Shown here: positions 1 to 7,832 of the stretch, in pieces
How the letters are laid out: every line of letters begins with the position of its first letter
Numbering within the stretch: position 1 is the stretch's first letter
Source: Candidatus Rifleibacterium amylolyticum
Lineage (GTDB): Bacteria > Muiribacteriota > Ozemobacteria > Ozemobacterales > Ozemobacteraceae
Assembly: GCA_009917695.1 (NCBI GenBank)
Contig: JAACJG010000011.1
Coordinates: forward strand, 156,997-181,345
DNA: 24,349 nucleotides
Reading direction: 5' to 3'
The notes under the pieces: generated by a model
Databases searched by the model: none
Seen by the model: only the letters and a program-made list of their open reading frames with translations
What the model was told of the DNA's origin: nothing
Translations under genes and position numbers: made by a program

Positions 1-135
1 GTTCTCGGATCCGGCAACACTGCTGAAATCAGGGTTGCCGTCGACTGGTCTTTCGAAGGTAAAGAGCAGAAGCTTGAAATCAAGGGAAACATCGACGCGA
101 AGCCTTATCGCTTTACCCGCTTCGAGCGCTACTGA
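1..135 (+). CDS. 3' end of an upstream gene cut by the window edge. The product is unknown; it may be another pseudopilin given the neighbours.
   Basis: Frame 1 is open from base 1 to TGA at 133-135 and translates to a protein-like C-terminus (...AEIRVAVDWSFEGKEQKLEIKGNIDAKPYRFTRFERY). It ends 1 nt before the ATG of the next gene. The overlapping frame-2 ORF 35-136 is S/R/T-rich low complexity and looks out of frame. Confidence 0.4.
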   Translation, partial: VLGSGNTAEIRVAVDWSFEGKEQKLEIKGNIDAKPYRFTRFERY

Positions 136-136
136 G

Positions 137-628
137 ATGAGCAGCAAAACACAACAAATCCCGCAAAGTCTTTCCAGATATGGCCAGCGCGGCTTTACGC
201 TGGTTGAGGTAGTTGTCGCGATTGCGCTGTTCGCGGGCTTGATCATCGTGGTCAGTTCGATGTATTCGTTCATCCGCCGCACTTTTACCAGAGTAGATAA
301 CAAAAGTGCCGCCAGCTCTGAGATCGAACGCTTTCTGCTGCGGCTGGATTCTGAACTGCGTACTGCCACTGATGTAACAGTGCCTTCCTCTGATGCTCGT
401 TCCAACTGCCTCACCTTCGTCAACCAGGAAGGCAGCGAAATCAGTTACGAGCATACTGAAGACGGAACCCTCATCCGCACCGATTACCAGAGCGATACGC
501 AACGCGAAATAATGCATGGTGTCGCCAGTCTGACTTTTTCGCGACACACCCGTGGCCTGGTCGAAGTTTCCATAACCGTCGGCCAGGTGCCGGTATTGAC
601 CGCATTTCACGTCTGGAATCTGCCATGA
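137..628 (+). CDS. Pseudopilin (minor pilin) with a prepilin-type N-terminal cleavage/methylation domain, of the type II secretion or type IV pilus kind
   Basis: ATG at 137 gives MSSKTQQIPQSLSRYGQRG|FTLVEVVVAIALFAGLIIV. This is the class III signal motif (G-FTLxE followed by a hydrophobic helix). The stop at 626-628 overlaps the next ATG as ATGA. Confidence 0.7.
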   Translation: MSSKTQQIPQSLSRYGQRGFTLVEVVVAIALFAGLIIVVSSMYSFIRRTFTRVDNKSAASSEIERFLLRLDSELRTATDVTVPSSDARSNCLTFVNQEGSEISYEHTEDGTLIRTDYQSDTQREIMHGVASLTFSRHTRGLVEVSITVGQVPVLTAFHVWNLP

Positions 629-1140
629 AAAGAAATAACAGCAAGCGCGCCGGCATGGCGATACCGCTCGTTCTCGGCTTCATCTTCGTCGCCACCATCC
701 TCGGTACAACGCTGCTTTTTCTGTCCAAGACCCGCGGCGCCGATACGATCAGAACGGTCGGACGCTTTCAGCACCAGCATCTTACTCAGGCAGGCATCAG
801 CGAAGCGCTCGGTATTATCAAACCTTTGCGGATAACCGAAGTTATCGCCAAACGCGGGCCGCGCTGGGACTTCAACACTCCCCAACAGGAATTCGGCAAC
901 GCCACCGGCTGGTGCGAAGTCGAAGTCGAAACCCGTGGTGAAAACGAACTTCATATTACCTCGACTGGTTGCTGGCAGGAGCGCGGTGCTCCACTCCGCC
1001 GTCGCAGTTTTTCCTGTGCTGCGCGCTATAACGAAACCAGATCATCTGAGTCGAGTCGCTACAACACCATGGTTAAGATCGAGGGCGAATGGAAGATTGG
1101 CCGTTTCCAAGAAGCACAGCCAGAAAGAGCAGAGGAATGA
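625..1140 (+). CDS. Membrane-anchored protein that may be a GspK/PilX-like minor pseudopilin
   Basis: The N-terminus MKRNNSKRAGMAIPLVLGFIFVATILGTTLLFL is a basic leader followed by a hydrophobic helix, resembling GspK N-termini. The gene overlaps its neighbours by 4 bp at both ends, which suggests translational coupling. Confidence 0.5.
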   Translation: MKRNNSKRAGMAIPLVLGFIFVATILGTTLLFLSKTRGADTIRTVGRFQHQHLTQAGISEALGIIKPLRITEVIAKRGPRWDFNTPQQEFGNATGWCEVEVETRGENELHITSTGCWQERGAPLRRRSFSCAARYNETRSSESSRYNTMVKIEGEWKIGRFQEAQPERAEE

Positions 1141-1814
1141 CTTCGTTCAGTTCATACCTTTCTAAGGCAGATCTGCTTGCACTGAAGGATTATCTCGATA
1201 ACATGCGAGAGCCGGTGTGGGAATGCGAACTTATCAGAGTCACTTTCGCCGATGCCGACCTGATCAGCGGCAGTGCCCTTGAAATGTACCGCTGGCATTT
1301 CGTGCTTTTTCACCTGCTTTATCTGCTTGTGCCCGAATACGCAGAACAGAACCGCTACCTTCATATTCATTTTATGCGCACCTGCCTCAGAGATTACCCG
1401 GCTGCAGGCAGATGCCGCCATTTTGACGATGAACAGGCCGAATTCTGCGCTGCTTTATGCAGAAATGACGCGCGGTATTGTGATTTTCATCTGGCCCGAA
1501 TTGACGAAACCGGCATCGACCGTCTTTCTGACCGTTATTTTTATCTCGACCCGGCCAATTTTACAGCCTTGAGCGCTCAAAATGCCGAAAAATTCATGGC
1601 CGGCGCCTGGAAGCTGCTGCAGAATTACGAAGAATACCGGCGCTGCCTGGCCATACTCGATCTGCCGGAGGGCGTATCAATCGTTGTCTTGAAAAAACGC
1701 TTCAGATACCTGGCCAGAACCATGCACCCCGACATAACTGCCGGACATCACGAAGAGTTTTCGAAAATCAACACAGCCTATCGTAATCTGTTAAACTGGT
1801 TATCGGCAGGTTAA
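1137..1814 (+). CDS. J-domain protein of the DnaJ-related type, with a C-terminal J domain carrying an HPD motif
   Basis: ATG at 1137 sits after a GAGG ribosome-binding site and overlaps the upstream stop (ATGA). The C-terminus reads LKKRFRYLARTMHPDITAGHHEEFSKINTAYRNLLNWL, which is the J-domain helix II-HPD-helix III pattern. Confidence 0.7.
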   Translation: MTSFSSYLSKADLLALKDYLDNMREPVWECELIRVTFADADLISGSALEMYRWHFVLFHLLYLLVPEYAEQNRYLHIHFMRTCLRDYPAAGRCRHFDDEQAEFCAALCRNDARYCDFHLARIDETGIDRLSDRYFYLDPANFTALSAQNAEKFMAGAWKLLQNYEEYRRCLAILDLPEGVSIVVLKKRFRYLARTMHPDITAGHHEEFSKINTAYRNLLNWLSAG

Positions 1815-1827
1815 AGAGGCAAGGCTG

Positions 1828-2427
1828 TCAGTCCAGCTCTGCATCGGCATAAATCATTATAGGTTTGGCCCGTTCGTAAGTCAGCCGTGGGCCGCCGAGA
1901 TGGATCTTGCGTTTCAAAGCCCAGACACAGAGTCTGCCTTCGAGGTTGGCATACACTTTTTTGTCGTGCTCGGACAGGCTTTCATAGCCGACTTCACGCC
2001 ATTTACGGAAGGCCGCGCGCTCGGCTTCATTGACAAACACCAGTGAAAAACGGGTGTCAGGTGTGGCATGACATTCAAGTGAATAGCCATTCTCGCTGAT
2101 ATTATTAACAGAGATTTCTTCAGGCGTATCGAGGTAGATGTCTTCCAGAGCTGAGATTTCGCGGGTTTTGAGCGGCAGGCCGACAACCCTCAACATGGCG
2201 AGAATATCTGATGTCGATCTTCCCTGATTCAAAAAAAGAACAAAGCGGGCAGCAAACCCGGCCGGATCGCCGGCAAAGCGGAACTTGAGCAGCTCCTCAC
2301 CAGCTTCGCGCCCGGTCATGGTTTCCCACATCAGCCTCTCATCGCCAGTTATCGTATCCGGGCTGTAAGCGAACGCAGAAAGACTGAACAGACACAGCAA
2401 AATACAGAGAACCATGCGTGATGACAT
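1828..2427 (-). CDS. Secreted hypothetical protein with a signal peptide
   Basis: The N-terminus MSSRMVLCILLCLFSLSAFA is signal-peptide-like. It is a clean 199-aa ORF that converges on the J-domain gene. Confidence 0.55.
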   Translation of the reverse strand: MSSRMVLCILLCLFSLSAFAYSPDTITGDERLMWETMTGREAGEELLKFRFAGDPAGFAARFVLFLNQGRSTSDILAMLRVVGLPLKTREISALEDIYLDTPEEISVNNISENGYSLECHATPDTRFSLVFVNEAERAAFRKWREVGYESLSEHDKKVYANLEGRLCVWALKRKIHLGGPRLTYERAKPIMIYADAELD

Positions 2428-2450
2428 AAGTAAGAATTCCTCCTGCTTTA

Positions 2451-2474
2451 ATCATGTTTATCAGTTAACATGAT
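2451..2474. promoter_or_regulatory. Inverted repeat ATCATGTT-N8-AACATGAT in a divergent intergenic region; candidate operator
   Basis: The 8-bp arms read directly from the sequence, centred on GTTAAC. They lie between the divergent genes 1828-2427(-) and 2522-2911(+). Confidence 0.3.
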
Positions 2475-2521
2475 AACAGTTTATCCGGCAATGAGTTACA
2501 ATATTTGCGAAAGGATCAACC

Positions 2522-2911
2522 ATGAACATTTTGCTTTCAATTTTTCTGCTGCCTCAACTGCTGATAATGTACATTTCATTTCATCTGCATCTTTTTGCCC
2601 TGCCCATGATCAAGGAATTGATGCAGAAAATACCGCCAGACGCCGCAACCGCACTCAATGCCAATATTGTAGTCAGAATCGCCGGAGCGTTTGCGGGAGC
2701 CATCGATGCGTTCTACGGCTTCTGGTTCATTGCGATTCCTGTTTTTGCGCTGGTTTCTCAGGTTCTCGTCTATTTTTTGAAAAAGCAGAGTGAAGCAGTC
2801 GCTAAAGTCGGTGTTCTGTTGATAATGACTTTTTTTGCTACCCTTGCCTTTATCAGTCTGTCGGCACAAATGATGACACTGATCATGGTAACCGCGAACT
2901 ACACCAGATAA
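2522..2911 (+). CDS. Small integral membrane protein, hypothetical
   Basis: The 129-aa ORF has about four hydrophobic segments (LLSIFLLPQLLIMYISF..., FWFIAIPVFALVSQVLVYFL...). Confidence 0.5.
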   Translation: MNILLSIFLLPQLLIMYISFHLHLFALPMIKELMQKIPPDAATALNANIVVRIAGAFAGAIDAFYGFWFIAIPVFALVSQVLVYFLKKQSEAVAKVGVLLIMTFFATLAFISLSAQMMTLIMVTANYTR

Positions 2912-3063
2912 GTGAACACCAACCTGATTTTAACTGCGACACCATGGCAAAATACCGACAGAGTTGTCACACCAGTTGTCGCTGAGATTCGTCACAACGC
3001 CTTTTCTGGCAGCTCTTACCGATTCCCCCGATCGCTGGCATGTCATTTGCAATTTAAGCCGGC

Positions 3064-3771
3064 ATGCATTTTCATAATGAACACAACGACATAGCGCATA
3101 CTCAACCTGGCCAGGCGGCCAGTCGTGTGCAGGCGCGCGTCTGGCAGCATGATTTCGCATATCATGCAACATCTGACCGCGGCTTCAATATTTATTTTAC
3201 GCGCGGCATCCTGTTTTATCTGATGGCTTTCATATCAGTCTGTCTTGCCATCCCTTTGATCATTACCACTGGCATAAGTGTCGAAGCATTGATCCGTGAC
3301 CCGTATGAAGGTTTCATGCTGCTTTTCTGCATCATTCTCAACCTGCTGCGAGTTCTGACGGCTGCTATTTTGTACAAATATGTGCGCGACGCCTGGCGTG
3401 AGGTAAGATTCGATGCGTTCGATCAGATGCTGACTATCGAAGATAAACTGCCCTGGTTTGAACTGAGCCGAACGCAGGTCTTCCATATTTCTGATGCAGC
3501 CGGGCTTGAGATCAGAATTCTCAGAACCGTTGATCTTGCCCCGGCCGCTGCCGATGAAGACCCGGAAAACCCGGCCTGTGAAGTGCTCATGCAGTTGAAA
3601 GACGGCAGCGCAATCGTGCTGCTGCCTCGCGTCACATCGATTCAGGAAGCCCGCACTGTGACTTACGAGATTGGCGGTCTGACCGGCCTGACCCTGCTGA
3701 CAGACATTCACTCTCTTTATCGCCATATCCCACGGATAGAACGACAGCTTGCTGATGAAGACTTACTCTGA
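3064..3771 (+). CDS. Membrane protein, hypothetical; the N-terminal start is uncertain
   Basis: The 235-aa ORF has two transmembrane-like segments (ILFYLMAFISVCLAIPLIITTG, FMLLFCIILNLLRVLTAAILY). No recognisable domain. Confidence 0.45.
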   Translation: MHFHNEHNDIAHTQPGQAASRVQARVWQHDFAYHATSDRGFNIYFTRGILFYLMAFISVCLAIPLIITTGISVEALIRDPYEGFMLLFCIILNLLRVLTAAILYKYVRDAWREVRFDAFDQMLTIEDKLPWFELSRTQVFHISDAAGLEIRILRTVDLAPAAADEDPENPACEVLMQLKDGSAIVLLPRVTSIQEARTVTYEIGGLTGLTLLTDIHSLYRHIPRIERQLADEDLL

Positions 3772-3809
3772 TAAAATCTGCATAATGATTCAATGTTGAA
3801 AGGATCCTT

Positions 3810-5594
3810 ATGCAACTGCGGCTAATAGTGTTTTGTCTGACTGCACTGCTGTGTTTTGTTTTTATCACGCATACTGTCACTGCTTCTGATTTTTCTGGTC
3901 GTCAGCTTTTTGCAGCCTTCGAGGAGCTTGCCAGAAAGGGCAGCTTCAATATTTATGCTGATGCTGCTGATGGCAAAATTGCGTCTTTCACGGCTTCTGA
4001 AGGAGAAGACCCTGCTCTGACCCTTGTAAGACTGGCAAAAAACCAGGGTTTGATTGCCTTGCCGATGGGCAGCAGTTTTATGGTAATGCCGCGTGAACGC
4101 TATAACGAGCAGCAGGGACTACAGATCAGAGCGCTTGATTTTTCCAGACTACCAGCGTGCTACGCCAGTGTGAGAATTCGCAGCATATTGCCGCAATCGG
4201 TTAACTCTCATATTGCCAATGAAGCCCACAGCGTTTTTCTATCGGGCTTTCCAGACGATCTCGACGAAGCCGAACTGCTGATTGACCAGTTGTCCTCAGA
4301 GCAGACGCAGCTGCGTGTATACATACAGCTGTCAGCAGCCGATTCGGCGACGAGAACCCGACTTGCTTTTGTATGCATCAACGACATGCCGGCAAACTTT
4401 ACCTTTCAGCCAGCTGCCAGACCAGACGCATTGCTGGCAACTATTACCATTACTCTCAAGGGCAGAGATCAGGCGGTTCTCGCTGCTGCATTCGCCAATT
4501 CCACCGACCCTTCGGCAAAACTGGAAGTCAACCATGACCTCGACCTTCAGAGTGAAACTGCCAAAGAGTTTGTGGTCACTGTCAAAAACGACATCTATAA
4601 CCTCAGCGTGCGGGCAGAACCGATTTCAGCAGAGGCAATTCGCGTCAGCCGACCGCTGTCAGAAAATGACGATGACGAAATCATAATAGACGATGATGAA
4701 GAAGAAGCAACTGACGATTCAGAAGAAGAAAGTGCTGCTGAAACGCCGAAAGTCGAGCTCGATCGACCGGTCGGCGAGGTCTTTGCAAAAATTGCCCGTC
4801 AGAACGGTGCTAATATAGTCTGTGGCAGCAAGGTTGCGGGCACCCTGGCGATCTTTCGTTTCGGTGACAGGCCTTATTATGAAGAAGAATTCAATCTGGT
4901 CGCTCAAGTTAAGGGGCTCAAGGTCCGCAGAATCGGCAACACCTGGCTGGTTGGCGCCGAGAACATGCGTGATGCTGTTGAAAGCAGCCTGTATTCTGTT
5001 CGCCGGTTCAATCATTCAAGTGCCGCCGCCAGAATTGAAGATATCAGGGAAATGCTGAATCGACTGGGGCTGTCAGATAAGGTCCGGGTCGCCCGCGACA
5101 CTTACAGCAACACCCTGATAACTGGAGGCAACAGCCGCGTGATCGATGCCATCGCGAAATATGTCAGGCTGGCAGATGAACAGCCCGACATGATAAAGCT
5201 GCATTGCAAGTTGAATTCAGACAGCCTCGCCTTTGCTGAGGAGCTTGAGGTTCCAGCCCTGCGGCAGATCAGACGCAGTTTTTCCAAGGCCGAAACCCGC
5301 TGTGGAATTGCTATCACACCGGGCTACACTGATAAAAAAGGCAATATCAGCCTTAAATGGCTCATCCAGACAGCGCAGACCGACAACAAGATTTCGATCG
5401 GCAGCTTTGCAATGACTGCAGTGGCTCCCGGCATAGCTCTGGCTGAATTTGACTGGCCGGCCAGAACCCGCCTTGAGCTGGCAGGTACATACAGTCTGCG
5501 TGACCGCAGTCAGGATGACAACTTGTTCTCAGATGGCCCGGAGATCGAAAGCCCGCATGACACAAGTGAAGACCCGTTTTTCGACAAATTTTAA
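3810..5594 (+). CDS. Secreted protein with two secretin-N (STN/N0)-like domains and an acidic linker, but no secretin C-terminal pore domain
   Basis: An AAAGGA ribosome-binding site precedes the ATG and the product starts with a signal peptide (MQLRLIVFCLTALLCFVFITHTVTA). Two segments fit the STN/N0 pattern of secretins and TonB-dependent receptors: LFAAFEELARKGSFNIYADAADGKIASF...LTLVRLAKNQGLIAL and VGEVFAKIARQNGANIVCGSKVAGTLAIFRFGDRPYYEEEFNLVAQVKGLKVRRIGNTWLV. An acidic run sits between them (SENDDDEIIIDDDEEEATDDSEEES). Confidence 0.65.
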   Translation: MQLRLIVFCLTALLCFVFITHTVTASDFSGRQLFAAFEELARKGSFNIYADAADGKIASFTASEGEDPALTLVRLAKNQGLIALPMGSSFMVMPRERYNEQQGLQIRALDFSRLPACYASVRIRSILPQSVNSHIANEAHSVFLSGFPDDLDEAELLIDQLSSEQTQLRVYIQLSAADSATRTRLAFVCINDMPANFTFQPAARPDALLATITITLKGRDQAVLAAAFANSTDPSAKLEVNHDLDLQSETAKEFVVTVKNDIYNLSVRAEPISAEAIRVSRPLSENDDDEIIIDDDEEEATDDSEEESAAETPKVELDRPVGEVFAKIARQNGANIVCGSKVAGTLAIFRFGDRPYYEEEFNLVAQVKGLKVRRIGNTWLVGAENMRDAVESSLYSVRRFNHSSAAARIEDIREMLNRLGLSDKVRVARDTYSNTLITGGNSRVIDAIAKYVRLADEQPDMIKLHCKLNSDSLAFAEELEVPALRQIRRSFSKAETRCGIAITPGYTDKKGNISLKWLIQTAQTDNKISIGSFAMTAVAPGIALAEFDWPARTRLELAGTYSLRDRSQDDNLFSDGPEIESPHDTSEDPFFDKF

Positions 5595-5606
5595 CAGGAG
5601 TATCCA

Positions 5607-6446
5607 ATGAGAGTCACACACAAGCTGACTGTGCTGTTGATATTACTTGCCATTGCAATGGCTTCTTCTTCTATCGTCACTGCCGAAGATAATGAGGTGA
5701 ACACCGATTATTCCGGCTGGTCATTGCCTGAGATCATCGACGACATCGCGAAGATCGGCGGCACCAAGATAAGCGGCGACATTCCTGATGTTAAGGTTCT
5801 GACCGCCGACTTTTCGGGCGGCGTCTACTATGAAGAAGCGCTGAATCTGATTCTTAAAAGCTTTAATCTGGCGTTGCGCAAAAAGGGTGATGAATTTGTC
5901 GTTATCAGAGAAGATGCCGCCAGTGCCGACCCCGACACTACCCGGAACAAAACCCCCGAATCACGAAGCGCACAGACTCTGGCTGAGGTTATCACAGAAC
6001 TGGCGCCTGCCGGCGTCAGTGTACAGCATGTTCCCGAGAGTAATTCACTGCAGCTGAAAGGCAAAACACGCATGCTAAGCGAGGTCGATAAGCTGGTCAT
6101 CGCCCTGGACTTTCCGGTGCACCTGCTTCGATCAAGGTTTTATCTAAAGGCAGAAGCCGATGAAAAGCCACTGGCAGCCATAGAACTCGACACCGACAAC
6201 TGGGAAAAGTTCAAGCAGGCATTTGCCGATGGGAAAGGCGGTATCGAGGGCGCTATTGGCCTGAACGACGATGGTCATGCCAGCATAGAATTCAGCTGTG
6301 CTTTTACAGACGGCGATGACCGGCATCAGTTCAGTCACACTCTCTTACTCGCCGACCCGGCATTGGTGCACAAGCACAGATTCAGCATCGACGGCAAAAA
6401 CTGGGAAATCGGCTGGCAGGTTGAACAGGTGCGAAGAACACAATGA
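5607..6446 (+). CDS. Secreted protein with one STN/N0-like domain
   Basis: An AGGAG ribosome-binding site precedes the ATG and the product starts with a signal peptide (MRVTHKLTVLLILLAIAMASSSIVTA). WSLPEIIDDIAKIGGTKISGDIPDVKVLTADFSGGVYYEEALNLILKSFNLALRKKGDEFVV fits the STN pattern. Confidence 0.65.
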   Translation: MRVTHKLTVLLILLAIAMASSSIVTAEDNEVNTDYSGWSLPEIIDDIAKIGGTKISGDIPDVKVLTADFSGGVYYEEALNLILKSFNLALRKKGDEFVVIREDAASADPDTTRNKTPESRSAQTLAEVITELAPAGVSVQHVPESNSLQLKGKTRMLSEVDKLVIALDFPVHLLRSRFYLKAEADEKPLAAIELDTDNWEKFKQAFADGKGGIEGAIGLNDDGHASIEFSCAFTDGDDRHQFSHTLLLADPALVHKHRFSIDGKNWEIGWQVEQVRRTQ

Positions 6447-6453
6447 ATAAGGA

Positions 6454-7161
6454 ATGTTTCAGACGACCTTGATCCTGCTGCTCGCTTTACTCTGCCTGAC
6501 GCCGGCATTGAGCGGACAAACTCAGGCAGTTTCGCCTGGTCGGTCGCTGGTGATAGCTATAGATCCCGGGCACCCGTCAGAAACCAGCGGAGGCTGTGCT
6601 CACCATGGCCTCAAAGAAGTCGACATCTGCTGGCAGGTAGCACTGCAACTCGAAAAGCTCATAGCTGCCGAACCTGGGTTGCGTTCGATCAAAACGAAGC
6701 AGAAAGTCGATGAGCTCGTCAGCAACCGCGAGCGTGCCGAGACCGCCAACAGGGCCGGCGCCGCTCTGATGGTGCGCCTGCACTGCGACAGCGGCAACGG
6801 CAGTGGCTGTACTGTCTATTATCCCGATCGCCAGGGTACGGTTCAGGATGTTACCGGCCCGTCATACGAGGTGATTGCTGCCAGCCGTCGCGCGGCTGAG
6901 GGCATGCAGGCCGGACTTGCCTTCGTGCTGGGTGGCAGCCTGTACCTCAACCAGATAAAGACAGATTCGGTGACTTATGTCGGCTCGAAGCAGGGTGCGC
7001 TGACCGGTTCGATTTTTGCGAAGGTTCCAGCGCTCGTCGTCGAGATGGTCTATCTCAACAACGCCAGCGACGCCGCCTTCATCGGCAGTCCTGCCGGCCA
7101 GGATCTGATGGCCCAGGGTCTGCTCGCCGGCATCAAAGAGTTCGTTTCTGACAACAAATGA
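6454..7161 (+). CDS. N-acetylmuramoyl-L-alanine amidase of the Amidase_3/AmiC family
   Basis: The product has a signal peptide. It carries the conserved IAIDPGHP...E-ANRAGAALMVRLHCDS...YLNN-SDA core of the zinc amidase cell-wall hydrolases. Confidence 0.85.
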   Translation: MFQTTLILLLALLCLTPALSGQTQAVSPGRSLVIAIDPGHPSETSGGCAHHGLKEVDICWQVALQLEKLIAAEPGLRSIKTKQKVDELVSNRERAETANRAGAALMVRLHCDSGNGSGCTVYYPDRQGTVQDVTGPSYEVIAASRRAAEGMQAGLAFVLGGSLYLNQIKTDSVTYVGSKQGALTGSIFAKVPALVVEMVYLNNASDAAFIGSPAGQDLMAQGLLAGIKEFVSDNK

Positions 7162-7176
7162 ATCCCGGAAAGCAGT

Positions 7177-7443
7177 TCATAGAATCTCTGAATGCGAACC
7201 GGTTCGGATAAATACAATCGTATCGTCTTCGATGCGATATATCAAAAGCCAGTCCGGCCCCAGATGACATTCTCTACAACCTTTCCAGTTTCCGATCAAA
7301 TCGTGATCACGGAACCTGCTCTCAAGTTTTTCCTCTTGCTGTAGCCTTATCATTACATTCTTGAGAGTCGCAATATTGCGGCCCTGCTTCCCGGCTTTTT
7401 TGTAATCTTTTTTGAATTTACTGCCATACTGGGCCTTAAGCAT
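7177..7443 (-). CDS. yafQ: Type II toxin of the YafQ/RelE family (mRNA interferase)
   Basis: HDLIGNWKGCRECHLGPDWLLIYRIEDDTIVFIRTGSHSEIL matches the YafQ C-terminal signature. The ATG at 7441-7443 overlaps the stop of the upstream antitoxin gene by 8 nt. Confidence 0.85.
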   Translation of the reverse strand: MLKAQYGSKFKKDYKKAGKQGRNIATLKNVMIRLQQEEKLESRFRDHDLIGNWKGCRECHLGPDWLLIYRIEDDTIVFIRTGSHSEIL

Positions 7444-7699
7444 CCAGATCCTCAAACATTTCCTCAGGTGTGTTATAAACTTTGCTCAGGTTCTTGCCCT
7501 CAATAGCCTCTTCAATCGCTTTTATCGTTTCAGGATTGGTAATCTTCACCGGAAATGGCAATCCCTGTTCCATGATGATCCGTCTGAAAAAAATGCCAAT
7601 TGCTTCACTGGTAGTCAGGCCGAGAGTCTTCAAAACCTTTTCAACCTCGGTTTTTATACCGGGCTCAATCCGTGTCTGGATAGTAGCAGTTTTACTCAT
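7436..7699 (-). CDS. dinJ: Type II antitoxin of the DinJ/RelB family
   Basis: The 87-aa protein begins MSKTATIQTRIEPGIKTEVEKVLKTLGLTTSEAIGIFFRRII, a ribbon-helix-helix DinJ-like N-terminus. An AGGAGA ribosome-binding site precedes the ATG, and the gene is immediately upstream of the YafQ-like gene. Confidence 0.85.
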   Translation of the reverse strand: MSKTATIQTRIEPGIKTEVEKVLKTLGLTTSEAIGIFFRRIIMEQGLPFPVKITNPETIKAIEEAIEGKNLSKVYNTPEEMFEDLDA

Positions 7700-7726
7700 A
7701 ATTTATTCTCCTGCTATAATTGTAAT

Positions 7727-7744
7727 CTAATGTAACTACATTAG
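7727..7744. promoter_or_regulatory. Perfect 8-bp inverted repeat CTAATGTA-AC-TACATTAG in the dinJ-yafQ promoter region; probable autoregulatory operator
   Basis: Read directly from the sequence. It lies about 30 bp upstream of the dinJ start (minus strand) within AT-rich promoter-like sequence. Confidence 0.45.
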
Positions 7745-7832
7745 CAATACAATTCGACGATTTCATAGAACTACGCCGACAAGGAAGAAAACCGATGTCA
7801 GACAAAAACCTTCGCCAGGCACGCCACGATAG

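Noticed and set aside
35-136. N-terminal extension of the pseudopilin ORF (track ORF 35-628 starting MPSTGLSKVKSRSLKSRETSTRS...)
   Set aside because: The 35-136 part is S/R/T-rich low complexity. It overlaps a better protein-like frame-1 ORF that ends at 135. The ATG at 137 gives a proper prepilin leader plus the G-FTLVE motif.
4282-4686. 134-aa plus-strand ORF within the large STN-domain gene
   Set aside because: It is an alternative frame of a confidently coding region and its sequence is low complexity (S/R/Q/T-rich).
7195-7206. Perfect palindrome CGAACCGGTTCG near the convergent amidase and yafQ gene ends
   Set aside because: It lies inside the yafQ coding sequence and lacks a following T-run. 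It is probably coincidental rather than a terminator.
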